A stretch of 52,264 nt of DNA, taken from positions 1 through 52,264 of the forward strand of contig CAZYQL010000005.1 of assembly GCA_964650055.1 (NCBI GenBank), read 5' to 3'. The translations under genes and the position numbers were made by a program. Below, piece by piece: positions 26,695 to 35,633 of this stretch. Source of the DNA: an uncultured Phycisphaeraceae bacterium (lineage in GTDB: Bacteria > Planctomycetota > Phycisphaerae > Phycisphaerales > Phycisphaeraceae). Every line of letters begins with the position of its first letter. The stretch's first letter is position 1. The notes under the pieces were generated by a model that did not search any database, was not told the DNA's origin, and saw only the letters and a program-made list of their open reading frames with translations.

Positions 26695-26844
26695 CCGAGA
26701 GGGCATGGCCCAGTGGCAAGCGTCCCGACTGACGACGTGAGCCACTGATTGCGCGACTTGAACATCGAGCAACCCCGCTTAGAAACCGTTCAGATCTTTT
26801 TTTGAAAAAGTGTCCCTTCCGCCCGCCACTGCCTACCATCGGAC

Positions 26845-27483
26845 ATGAAGAGATTCCTATTTCATTCTGCAAAGGTTGTCCTCGCGATCACGTTGACTGG
26901 GATGCTGGTGGTCCTGATTGGCTGCGTGCGCCAGAGCGGCGGGGTCTGGTATTTCCACGAGGCCAAGCGACCTGTGGGCTGGCCTGACCTCACTCCCGTG
27001 GACGAGGTGCAGATCAAGCAGTACCCGGCCTACCGCGAAGCAATCGTGCAAAGTAACGCAGCCCAGAGCAATCAGGGCAGTATGTTCCGTACGCTCTTCA
27101 AGCACATTCAGCAGAATGACATTTCCATGACGGCTCCAGTGGACATGACTTATCAGGCTTCATCCGACAAGTTGGAGATGAAGTCAATGGCCTTTCTTTA
27201 CGATGAGCCCGAGCGCGGCCCAGTGACCGATGACGGCAACGTCACCGTCCTCGATGTGCCCGCCACCAAGGTGGCCAGCATCGGCGTGCGAGGCAGCTAC
27301 AGCGACGAGCGCTTCGATGCGGCGCTTAAGCAGTTGAACACTTGGCTTGCGTCCGGCGATGAGTACGAAGCTGCCGGTGCGCCGAGATACCTGGGATACA
27401 ACAGTCCCTTCGTGCCGTTCTTCTGGCGATACGGAGAGGTGCAGATCCCCGTAAAGGCTCACCGAGTGGATGGCTCAGAATGA
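26845..27483 (+). CDS. SOUL/HEBP heme-binding family protein, probable lipoprotein
   Basis: Lipobox-like VLIGC after a hydrophobic N-terminus. Blocks YPAYREAIV, ISMTAPVDM, YLGYNSPFVPFFWRYGEVQIPV typical of the SOUL family. Confidence 0.65.
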   Translation: MKRFLFHSAKVVLAITLTGMLVVLIGCVRQSGGVWYFHEAKRPVGWPDLTPVDEVQIKQYPAYREAIVQSNAAQSNQGSMFRTLFKHIQQNDISMTAPVDMTYQASSDKLEMKSMAFLYDEPERGPVTDDGNVTVLDVPATKVASIGVRGSYSDERFDAALKQLNTWLASGDEYEAAGAPRYLGYNSPFVPFFWRYGEVQIPVKAHRVDGSE

Positions 27484-28441
27484 TGCTGGAGAAAGCAACT
27501 CTACTCCCTGTCTTGGCATAGTTATGCAACTGGCGGAGCGATTCATGAGCGAGCCCATTCATTCACAAAATTCACCATCTTGGGCAAGACGCTGGCTCAT
27601 CGCTGCGGGGCTGTACAACATCGCATGGGGTGGAGTGACCATCGCCTTCCCTCATTTGCTTTTCGATGTTGCCCACGCAGAGCGAATGAGTTACCCGGCA
27701 ATCTGGCAATGCGTCGGCATGATCGTCGGTGTTTACGGCATCGGGTATCTCATCGCCGCTGACGATTCTCGTACACACTGGCCCATTGTCTTTGTCGGCT
27801 TGCTTGGCAAAGTCTTTGGCCCCATCGGCTTTGCAGTCGCAGTATTCAGCGGCACATTCCCACCTTTATTCGGCTTGACGATTCTCACGAACGATTTGAT
27901 CTGGTGGATCCCCTTCACGATGATCCTGCGCGACGCAGTTCGACATCGTTCAGAGCGGGACGTACCCGTAGGGCCATGTCTGCGATTTCTCAAGGAAACT
28001 CGGATCGCTGCTCCGCCCAACGCGGTCTTCCGCTTTCACGAAAGTTCTGATGCTCTGACGCAATTAATCCCGCCATGGGAGAATATGGCTGTGGCCGAGT
28101 CTGACGAATCGCTACATCAGGGAAGCCGAGTCGTGCTGCGTGGTCGGGTTGGTCCCTTCAAGGTTGAGTGGATCGCAGTCCATACCGAATATGATCCGCC
28201 GCATCTTTTTGCAGATCGACAGGTGGCCGGCCCGTTTGCCTGGTGGTATCACCGCCACCGGTTTCTTGATGATGGCAAAGGCGGCACGATTCTGCGCGAC
28301 GAGGTGGAGTATCAACCCCCGCTTGGCGTCATTGGCCGATGGCTTGGCGGCTGGCTGATCCGGCGCAAGCTCGAACGCATGTTCGCGTATCGCCATGAGA
28401 CGACACGCCGGTTGATCGAGTCGGGTGACTACAGCAACTGA
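27470..28441 (+). CDS. membrane domain + SRPBCC (START/Bet v1-like ligand-binding) domain protein
   Basis: N-terminal about 150 aa with about 4 TM segments. C-terminal FKVEWIAVHTEYDPPHLFADRQVAGPFAWWYHRHRF...GTILRDEVEY pattern of SRPBCC proteins. ATG 27470 overlaps the SOUL gene by 14 nt. Alternative ATG at 27545 has GGAG upstream. Confidence 0.55.
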   Translation: MAQNDAGESNSTPCLGIVMQLAERFMSEPIHSQNSPSWARRWLIAAGLYNIAWGGVTIAFPHLLFDVAHAERMSYPAIWQCVGMIVGVYGIGYLIAADDSRTHWPIVFVGLLGKVFGPIGFAVAVFSGTFPPLFGLTILTNDLIWWIPFTMILRDAVRHRSERDVPVGPCLRFLKETRIAAPPNAVFRFHESSDALTQLIPPWENMAVAESDESLHQGSRVVLRGRVGPFKVEWIAVHTEYDPPHLFADRQVAGPFAWWYHRHRFLDDGKGGTILRDEVEYQPPLGVIGRWLGGWLIRRKLERMFAYRHETTRRLIESGDYSN

Positions 28442-28650
28442 TTGATGCTGATTGATGCTGATGAACCGCCAGTTGATGAGGTGTTGCTGTACTGCAAGTA
28501 TCATGTTGACACCTCAAGAATGATTGGCACCAGACAGCCGAGGTTAGTTGCGCTGCCGATGGAGCACTATGATCTTGCCCAACGGGGCAATGAACGCGGC
28601 GCAATTGTCCGCCTGCCGCTGCATCGGCCGACGAGCTGCCAGACCACGCG

Positions 28651-29844
28651 GTGAAAATGAAGCTTTACCAGGTTCTTAGCGACATCACGGCGACGGATGT
28701 TGTCGACATCTCCCTTGTCGCAGCGCTGGTCTATGCGCTTTTGTTGGCGCTGAAGCGGTCCCACGCCACCTTCGTGCTCGGCGGCATGTTGTCTCTGGGC
28801 GTATTTTATGTCCTCGCGCTCACGCTGGGATTGCGCCTTACCTCGTTCGTCTTTCAGACAGTATTCACCGTTCTGCTGGTCGCAGTCATTGTGATCTTCC
28901 AGGAGGAGATTCGCGCCTTTTTCGAGCGCGTCGCTGTTTGGGCTTTGCACGGCAACAGCAGGCGAAAACAGATCGTTGTGTCGTCCCCGGCTATCGAGAT
29001 GCTCGTCGCATCCACGAGCGATTTCGCGCGCAAGAAGATCGGCGCGCTGATCGTGCTCAAGGGCAACGACGAGTTGTCACGCCATCTCAAAGGTGGCGTC
29101 AACCTCAACGGCGTAGTCAGCGAGCAATTGCTGCGCAGCATCTTCGACCCGCATTCACCCGGGCACGACGGCGCACTGCTGATGGCCGGCGACCGCGCTG
29201 TTCAGTTCGCGTGTCATCTGCCTCTCTCGGCAGACATGTCTCAACTTTCCCAGCGCGGCACCAGGCATGCCGCTGCTCTAGGGCTGTCGGAGAAGACCGA
29301 TGCGATGTGCATCGTTGTTTCCGAAGAGCGAGGCATGATCTCGATCGCACGACACGGCAAGCTCACCCAACTCGACGATCCGCTGATGCTGCGGCAGGCG
29401 CTGGAGGATTTTCAACGGGAAATAGAACCCCCGCGCACGCCCACGTCATTCGTGTCCCTCGTCCTGCGACGCAACCTTCGCCTTAAGGCAGCCGCCATCG
29501 CGCTGTCCCTCTCGTTGTGGTTCTTTTTCGTCTACGAGTCGGTCATTGAATATCGCAGCTTCATCGTGCCCGTCGAACAGACAGGTCTTCCCGCTGAGTA
29601 CAAGATCGCGTCAATAGGACCCTCACGCGTACAGGTCATTGTGTCGGGGCCGCGCCGCGCTTTTTATCTGGTGAGCGAGGCTGACTTCAAGATCATCATC
29701 AAACTCCACGATGCTGAACCAGGCGAACGCGAGATTACATTGGCTTCGTCGGACTTGGTACTGCCCGACAATGTGGCGTTTGCCAACCTCATTCCGCGGC
29801 TCGTCAAAGTCATCGTCGTGTCGGCGGGCTCGCGACTGCCGTGA
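28651..29844 (+). CDS. cdaA: diadenylate cyclase CdaA (DisA_N domain) fused to a C-terminal TM + YbbR-like domain
   Basis: Three N-terminal TM helices. DAC motifs HDGALLM and GTRHAAALGLSEKTDAMCIVVSEERGMISIA. An extra TM (AAAIALSLSLWFFFV) is then followed by a beta-rich segment with the YbbR-type pattern (VPVEQTGLP...VQVIVSGPRRAF...FKIIIKL). Confidence 0.8.
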   Translation: MKMKLYQVLSDITATDVVDISLVAALVYALLLALKRSHATFVLGGMLSLGVFYVLALTLGLRLTSFVFQTVFTVLLVAVIVIFQEEIRAFFERVAVWALHGNSRRKQIVVSSPAIEMLVASTSDFARKKIGALIVLKGNDELSRHLKGGVNLNGVVSEQLLRSIFDPHSPGHDGALLMAGDRAVQFACHLPLSADMSQLSQRGTRHAAALGLSEKTDAMCIVVSEERGMISIARHGKLTQLDDPLMLRQALEDFQREIEPPRTPTSFVSLVLRRNLRLKAAAIALSLSLWFFFVYESVIEYRSFIVPVEQTGLPAEYKIASIGPSRVQVIVSGPRRAFYLVSEADFKIIIKLHDAEPGEREITLASSDLVLPDNVAFANLIPRLVKVIVVSAGSRLP

Positions 29845-29897
29845 ACATCTTCACGTGACCCCAGAAGTGAATCTGGCGTTTGCCAGAGATTAGACCA

Positions 29898-30839
29898 TCA
29901 GGCGTTTTGTCCAGCGATAGCGCGTTCAATCGCGTCTTTCACGCTCATCGGCCGAACCGCGAAATCTTTGCTTGCCTTGGTGTCTCGTACGACAGTGGGA
30001 TTTCTCAATCCCTCAATGAGATGTCGGCCAATCTGGTAGGACGTGGGAGTAACCAGTGCCAGCCAAAGGCCAGAGAGAAAAGGAGTGAGGACGGGTACGA
30101 AGACGAGCCAGCGACGCAGGCCCCTTTGCCTGGCGTATTCCCTGATCAGGTCTCCATAGGTCACGACTTCGGGGCAGCCGATTTCATATATTCGGCTTTC
30201 GCCGGCAGCCAGATCGTGCGCTGCCAGAAGATAGTTCAGGACATTTTCCACCGCGATGGGCTGCGTCGGCGTTGACAGCCAGCGAGGACAAAGCAAGACG
30301 GGCAGGCGATCAGTCAGTGATTTCATTAACTGAAATGACAAGCTGCCTTCACCGATGACCATGCCGGCTCGAAACTCGATCGTCTCGATGCCCGAGTTGC
30401 GTAGAATTTTACCCACCTCATGTCGACTGCGCAGATGTGGTGAGAGTTTTGGATCAGCATCATTACCCAATCCCCCCAGATAAATGATCCGCTTTACACC
30501 GGCCTTTTTCGCGGCGTGAGCGAAGTTCTCGGCGGCCTGACGATCCTCCTTCTCGAAATCCTTGGAGTCGGACATGAGGTGAACCAGATAGTAGGCCGTG
30601 GTGACACCCTGTAGCGCCTCATCGAGAGAAGATGGATCGAGTACATCACCACGGGCAATCTGCGTGGATTCACTGACGAGCGGTCGCAGCTTGTCGGGAT
30701 TGCGAGCCAGGCATCGCAGCTTTACCGGCAGCTCACGAAGCCGGGGAATCAGTCGGCCACCGATGTATCCCGACGCGCCGGTCAGGAGAACAACCGGTTC
30801 GCTCGATGGTTCAGGAGATGAGGAGGGGGGCAAAGGCAT
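29898..30839 (-). CDS. atypical SDR / NAD(P)H-binding (NmrA-like) protein with C-terminal membrane segment
   Basis: VLLTGASGYIGGRLIPRL Rossmann motif. Hydrophobic segment LVFVPVLTPFLSGLWLALV near the C-terminus. Confidence 0.7.
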   Translation of the reverse strand: MPLPPSSSPEPSSEPVVLLTGASGYIGGRLIPRLRELPVKLRCLARNPDKLRPLVSESTQIARGDVLDPSSLDEALQGVTTAYYLVHLMSDSKDFEKEDRQAAENFAHAAKKAGVKRIIYLGGLGNDADPKLSPHLRSRHEVGKILRNSGIETIEFRAGMVIGEGSLSFQLMKSLTDRLPVLLCPRWLSTPTQPIAVENVLNYLLAAHDLAAGESRIYEIGCPEVVTYGDLIREYARQRGLRRWLVFVPVLTPFLSGLWLALVTPTSYQIGRHLIEGLRNPTVVRDTKASKDFAVRPMSVKDAIERAIAGQNA

Positions 30840-30966
30840 GTCGTACTCTGGATGGTCGAAAGAGGTCTCTGCTCATAGTATGTCATACCCATCGCTCAGG
30901 ACTATGCTTTGGGCCTGCCGGCTTGTTGGGTGTCGCCGGGATGGGCTGCTTTTTCGAGGAATTCTG

Positions 30967-31572
30967 ATGCTGGTGCTGCGCAAACCATCTGCCGAAGTCG
31001 TACGCCGGTTTCTGGCGAGGCAGGCGAATATGCCCTTGAGCTATCCCGCAGTGGGGGCGACGGCGACCTCGCCACCGCCAGGTTACGTGGTGGATCACAC
31101 ACGTATCAGACTCGGCGAAGGTGAGGCGGTTTTCGAGAAGGCGAAGGCAGCACTCCAAAGATGGGAACAGTTTCGCTTGGGGTGGGTTGAGCCGTGCTCG
31201 ATGGATGCACCGATCAGAAAAGGTGAGATCGTGGCAATCCTGGGACGGGGGATGGGCATGTGGTGGCTCAACGCATGCCGAATTATTTATGTTGTTGATG
31301 AGTCGGGACCGGACACAAGATTTGGATTCGCGTACGGCACGCTGCCCGGGCACATCCAACGTGGCGAAGAGCGTTTTTTGATTGAATGGGACCAGCGTGA
31401 TGGAAGTGTCTGGTTCGATATCCTTGCATTTTCACGGCCGAACTACGTCCTGACCCGCCTGGGCTATCCGTTGGTGCGCCGTGCCCAGAAACGATTCGGG
31501 CGCGAAGCGGCTCAAGCCATGCGGCTAGCCGCGACAAAGGCGACACGATCGCGTGAGACAAACCTGATATGA
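30967..31572 (+). CDS. DUF1990 domain protein
   Basis: LSYPAVGAT...PPGY, FGFAYGTLPGHIQRGEERF and FDILAFSRP blocks. The track ORF from 30598 is an antisense run-on over the SDR gene. Start set at ATG 30967 (alternative 30904). Confidence 0.65.
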   Translation: MLVLRKPSAEVVRRFLARQANMPLSYPAVGATATSPPPGYVVDHTRIRLGEGEAVFEKAKAALQRWEQFRLGWVEPCSMDAPIRKGEIVAILGRGMGMWWLNACRIIYVVDESGPDTRFGFAYGTLPGHIQRGEERFLIEWDQRDGSVWFDILAFSRPNYVLTRLGYPLVRRAQKRFGREAAQAMRLAATKATRSRETNLI

Positions 31573-31970
31573 CCTGGCTTGATTGGTACAACAGTTTGAG
31601 TAAACCCGCGTGGACCCCGTCGCCTTCGACGATCGGCACCATCTGGCAGATTCTGTACCCGATCATTCTGATCTCGTTCGGGTTTGTCTTCGTGCAGTAT
31701 TTCCGTGGCAAGGTGCTTGGCCGGGTCGCACTGCCTTTTGCGATCAATCTGGTGGCCAATCTCGCCTTTACGCCGATCCAGTTCGGTTTGCGAAACCTGC
31801 CACTGGCGGCTGTGGACATCCTGATCGTGCTGGTCACAATTCTGTGGGCGATGTTGGTCGTGTGGCGGCATTATCGCTGGGTCGCCCTAGCCCAGATTCC
31901 ATACCTGATCTGGGTATCAGTTGCGAGCGTGCTGCAACTGAGCATTACCGCAAGCAATTGGAACGGTTGA
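31569..31970 (+). CDS. tspO: TspO/MBR family tryptophan-rich sensory protein
   Basis: WYNSLSKPAWTPSPSTIGTIWQILYP and NLAFTPIQFG blocks. Start overlaps the DUF1990 stop (ATGA). Confidence 0.75.
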   Translation: MTWLDWYNSLSKPAWTPSPSTIGTIWQILYPIILISFGFVFVQYFRGKVLGRVALPFAINLVANLAFTPIQFGLRNLPLAAVDILIVLVTILWAMLVVWRHYRWVALAQIPYLIWVSVASVLQLSITASNWNG

Positions 31971-32028
31971 ATCAGAGTCCAACTTGAGCGGTCCAATTGT
32001 CACGAGCAAGCCCAGCCCCATTTCCTAA

Positions 32029-32647
32029 CTCTATGGCCCGGACGTCAACAATCTCGGCTCCTACGCCCGCAACTGCCTGCTTGCCCGGCGGATGGCCGAG
32101 CGAAACGTGCGATTCATCCAGCTATCCCATCGCGGCTGGGATCACCATTCGCGCCTGCCGGAAAATCAAGTGCGAGAGATGCACGCCACGATGGTGCACC
32201 TACAAGTCGTGGACGCACGAGGGCGGCATCAGCACGCCGATGATCCTCCGCTGGCCCGGCCGCGTGAAGCCCGGCTCGCAGACCAACCTACCGGCGCACA
32301 TCATCGACTTCATGCCCACCTTCTGCGAACTGGCCGGCACGGACTACCCCTCGAAGTACGGCGGCAACGAGATCATTTCCGTCGAAGGCAAAAGCATGCT
32401 GCCGATCTTCGAGGGCAAGGCCCGCGAGCCGCACGACCAACTGTACTGGGAATGGTCAGACCACCGCGCCGTGCGTCAGGGCAAGTGGAAACTTGTTTGG
32501 AACCGCAAGACGTGGGAGCTATACGACATCGACGCCGACCGCACGGAGACCAACGACCTGGCGAAGGATCAGCCCGAACGCGTCGAGGCGATGAGTAAAC
32601 TGTGGTTTGACTGGGCGGACAAGACTGGGCTGAAGACGAAGGAGTAA
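32029..32647 (+). pseudogene. chimeric gene relic: internal DUF1501 fragment joined to an arylsulfatase C-terminal fragment
   Basis: Frame 1, 32029-32175, reads [47 protein letters not shown], matching the middle of both intact DUF1501 genes here. Frame 2, from about 32195, reads [19 protein letters not shown]...[13 protein letters not shown]...[17 protein letters not shown] (sulfatase C-terminal region). No catalytic N-terminal half and no credible start. Confidence 0.65.
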
Positions 32648-32685
32648 TAGCCTCATCGCTACGCGGCCTCTATCATCTCTTAACC

Positions 32686-35253
32686 ATGCGTCGTTTTTTC
32701 AAATGGTTCATTCGCATTCTCGGAGTCGCCGGGGTCGTCCTTTCGATCGGCTTGCTGTTCTACATCCTCTCTGCACGCGGCATTGCGGAGCGCCAGATTC
32801 TGCAGGCGCTACGCGATCTTGGAATCGATGATGCCTCCGTTGAGGTCCGTAGCATCGGCACGAATCATTTGCAGATCACTCATTTAAATATGGGTGATCA
32901 GGCGGGCTTGAGTATCGGTGCAGTCGGGGTTGACTATGCTCTCTCGCTTACTGGCCAGGTGCAGGTCAAGACCATCGATATCAGCGGCGCTCAGCTCGAT
33001 CTGCGGCTGCGCGATGGCAAACTCGATATCGGCCCTCTGGCGAATTTCAAAAGCAGTGACACCCAAAGCTATGCCGATGACGAACTGCCTTTCGATGTGC
33101 TCAAGCTGCGAGCAGCCTCGGTGCGACTGGAGTGGAACGGCAGACATTTCACCTTGCCGGTGCAAGCCACGCTGACTCATCAAGGCAGCGGCGTTTGCGA
33201 TGTCGATGCGACCATCACCTTGCTTGGACTGGATATTCCAGTCAAGGGAACCATTGATTTCACAGCACCGGAAGCTGATTCCACCCAAAGTATGCGACCC
33301 ATGGCGGATGGCATTTCTTTCAACCTCAATGCACTGTTCGAGGGCACATCGATTCTGATCGCTGGTCACCAAGGTGGTACACGTGATCCGTTTTCATTGA
33401 TGGTGTCCGTCCCGGATACGGAGCAGAACACGACAGCCCCCTTCCAATGCAAGGTGGTACTCTTGCGTCGTGACGAAGGATCGAAGATCACCGTCCGCGC
33501 TTCTGGCCAGTCCGAGCAGTTCGATTTGCTGCTGGCCCAGTTCGGGTTGATCTCGCGCGGGTTGCACACCACCTTCGACGCTGAACTCGACCTGACGACC
33601 GCAAAAGGCACGGCAAAAATCAATCTGGCAGCGGACACGGTTTCGGTGCAGGCAAGCGGCACAGCGGCGCTGCTGCACAAGCCGGCGTTTGCGATGGATC
33701 TCACAGCTGACTGGGCAACCGATCTTCATATTCAATCCTCTGCGACTTCCGGGCTTTCGTTTGAGCGCATCGATCTGCCTCACGAAACGCAGCGACGCTC
33801 GATCGATGGAGGATCGCTGCTGACCCACTTCGATCTGATGATTCCGCGCGATGGCACAGCGGGGCGCTGGCCGCGCTTGGCGCTGGATGTCGGGATCAAG
33901 GCATGGGCTGCTCACCTGGGTGCAAACGAAATCGCAGCAGATGAATCGGCCATCGCGATGACGCTCACCACCGATGAGAACCATCAGCTTGTCGCCAGTG
34001 GAACCTTCACCATCGCCAACGGTCGCTTTGCCTCCACCGCCAGCGGCGTCGTGCTGGCGGGGATCAATGCCGTCGTACCGGTCCGGCTGGGCAGCTCTAA
34101 GAACGAAAATCCACTGGTCAAGCCATCGTTTGAAATCCAGAAGATTCAATATAAGGATGACACCTTCGCGGCGCTGACCGGCACGATGTCTTTGGTCGAT
34201 GGTCTGCTCCTGGCTGATCTGGACTGGCCCATATTCGACCAGGCCCCCGCCAAGGTCACCGCGAGCATCGATATCGCCAGCGGATTTGCCGGGCGGGTGA
34301 CTGCGAAGGTGCATGATCTGCACATCACCGATGAGAAGCTCGTGGCGACCAAGCTCCGCGCCGCCAAGGCGTTTCAAGTGACCGGATACTTCGGACTCGA
34401 TGCAGAGATTGCGTTTGATGGATCCGGTGTGACCCCGCGTGTGGTGCTCACCGTCCGCGATGCCACCTTCGCCAGCGGAGCCATCGATTTCACTGCTCGC
34501 GGCATCAACACCACGATTACTCTCAACAGTTTTGCCCCGCTATCCACACTGCCCAACCAGCGACTGGCTGCCAGTGAGGGCAACATCGGCAAGCTGCAAT
34601 TCAGTAACGCGATTCTCAACTTCCGCCTCGATGCCATCGATGCAATGGTCCTCGAACTGGCCGCCTGGCGCGTGGGTGAAAAGGGACGTTTCTGGGTACA
34701 TGCGGCGCGATTCAACCCAATGAATCCCGTGCTGGAAACACAGGTATTCATCGAAGACATGAGCGTGGCCACCTGGCTTTCAATTCTTCAGGATGGCGAA
34801 GTCAAAGGGGAAGGCTACATGTACGGCCGGCTGCCTATCCGCGTCGATCAAAACAGCGAATTCGCACTCACCTTCGGCGAAGGCTTCCTCTACGCCAAAC
34901 CCGGCAAGGGCTGGATCAAGCTGTCGGATCGTCCTGAAATTCAAAAGCAGGCATACAAGTCACTGGAGGAAGCCATTGCCGCTTTGACCCGCGATGCGCA
35001 GGCTCGACTACTCGAAGCGGTGAACGATTTTGAATTCGACATTCTCAAGTTCGATTTCGTTCGTGAGAACAACGGCATCCGCTGCGTCGTATTCACTTCA
35101 GGCAGTGGACGCACCGGATTCAAGCAACCCATTGGCGGGCTGACGGTGAACATCCACAACTTCGGCGAACTGCTGTCCAAGCAGTTCCTCCGCAACACCG
35201 ATTCGTTGGGCGCGGTCGATGACGTGCTTCAACGGATTTTTGAGGGCCGATAG
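32686..35253 (+). CDS. ydbH: YdbH-like AsmA-family large envelope protein
   Basis: 855 aa, single N-terminal TM, long beta-rich body, C-terminal GEGYMYGRLPIRV...GFLYAKPGKGWIKL block. Followed by ynbE-like and ydbL-like genes as in the E. coli ydbH-ynbE-ydbL operon. Confidence 0.65.
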   Translation: MRRFFKWFIRILGVAGVVLSIGLLFYILSARGIAERQILQALRDLGIDDASVEVRSIGTNHLQITHLNMGDQAGLSIGAVGVDYALSLTGQVQVKTIDISGAQLDLRLRDGKLDIGPLANFKSSDTQSYADDELPFDVLKLRAASVRLEWNGRHFTLPVQATLTHQGSGVCDVDATITLLGLDIPVKGTIDFTAPEADSTQSMRPMADGISFNLNALFEGTSILIAGHQGGTRDPFSLMVSVPDTEQNTTAPFQCKVVLLRRDEGSKITVRASGQSEQFDLLLAQFGLISRGLHTTFDAELDLTTAKGTAKINLAADTVSVQASGTAALLHKPAFAMDLTADWATDLHIQSSATSGLSFERIDLPHETQRRSIDGGSLLTHFDLMIPRDGTAGRWPRLALDVGIKAWAAHLGANEIAADESAIAMTLTTDENHQLVASGTFTIANGRFASTASGVVLAGINAVVPVRLGSSKNENPLVKPSFEIQKIQYKDDTFAALTGTMSLVDGLLLADLDWPIFDQAPAKVTASIDIASGFAGRVTAKVHDLHITDEKLVATKLRAAKAFQVTGYFGLDAEIAFDGSGVTPRVVLTVRDATFASGAIDFTARGINTTITLNSFAPLSTLPNQRLAASEGNIGKLQFSNAILNFRLDAIDAMVLELAAWRVGEKGRFWVHAARFNPMNPVLETQVFIEDMSVATWLSILQDGEVKGEGYMYGRLPIRVDQNSEFALTFGEGFLYAKPGKGWIKLSDRPEIQKQAYKSLEEAIAALTRDAQARLLEAVNDFEFDILKFDFVRENNGIRCVVFTSGSGRTGFKQPIGGLTVNIHNFGELLSKQFLRNTDSLGAVDDVLQRIFEGR

Positions 35254-35320
35254 CGACGAAAACCTCGTGACCGCGTTCCTTGGAGTTACATCACCGGCCT
35301 CAGGTCCTCTATACATATAA

Positions 35321-35352
35321 GGTGGACCAACAAATAGTGGTGGACCAACAAA
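35321..35352. repeat. 14-bp direct repeat ggtggaccaacaaa x2 (18-bp period)
   Basis: Copies at 35321-35334 and 35339-35352, between the ydbH-like stop and the ynbE-like start. Confidence 0.9.
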
Positions 35353-35366
35353 GGACTTTAAACAAC

Positions 35367-35633
35367 ATGAAACGTACAGCAAGCCTACTGATGATGACCG
35401 CCTTGCCTCTGCTGATCACTGGCTGCAAGACGGAACACACGGTCAACACGAACAGCGTCGTGGAGATCAAACCCATCGAGATCAAGCCGATCTACGCGAC
35501 GATCGATATCAATGTGAAGGTCAAAGTGGATAAAGCGCTGGACAGTTTCTTCGACTATGAAGAGACACTCAAGCCAGCGCAGGACAAGAATCCAGGCTTA
35601 CTAGACGACAGCAACAAAGGTGGTGCAAAATGA
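35367..35633 (+). CDS. ynbE: YnbE-like small lipoprotein
   Basis: Lipobox LITGC. The KPIYATIDINVKVKVDKALDSFFDY pattern resembles E. coli YnbE (..PITINMNVKIEHEIIIKADKDVEELL). Stop overlaps the next start (ATGA). Confidence 0.6.
   Translation: MKRTASLLMMTALPLLITGCKTEHTVNTNSVVEIKPIEIKPIYATIDINVKVKVDKALDSFFDYEETLKPAQDKNPGLLDDSNKGGAK

Noticed and set aside
28438-28465. ctgattgatg x2.5 tandem repeat overlapping the SRPBCC gene stop codon
   Set aside because: It is too short to assign a function on its own. It is mentioned only as part of the pattern of short tandem repeats at stop codons.
30598-30966. N-terminal 123-aa extension of the DUF1990 ORF. Analogous extensions occur at 13195-13293, 44244-44369, 37856-37927 and 19738-19785.
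   Set aside because: The extensions overlap neighbouring genes or their antisense. Internal ATGs with better Shine-Dalgarno context, or immediate post-stop position, give proteins that begin where family similarity begins.
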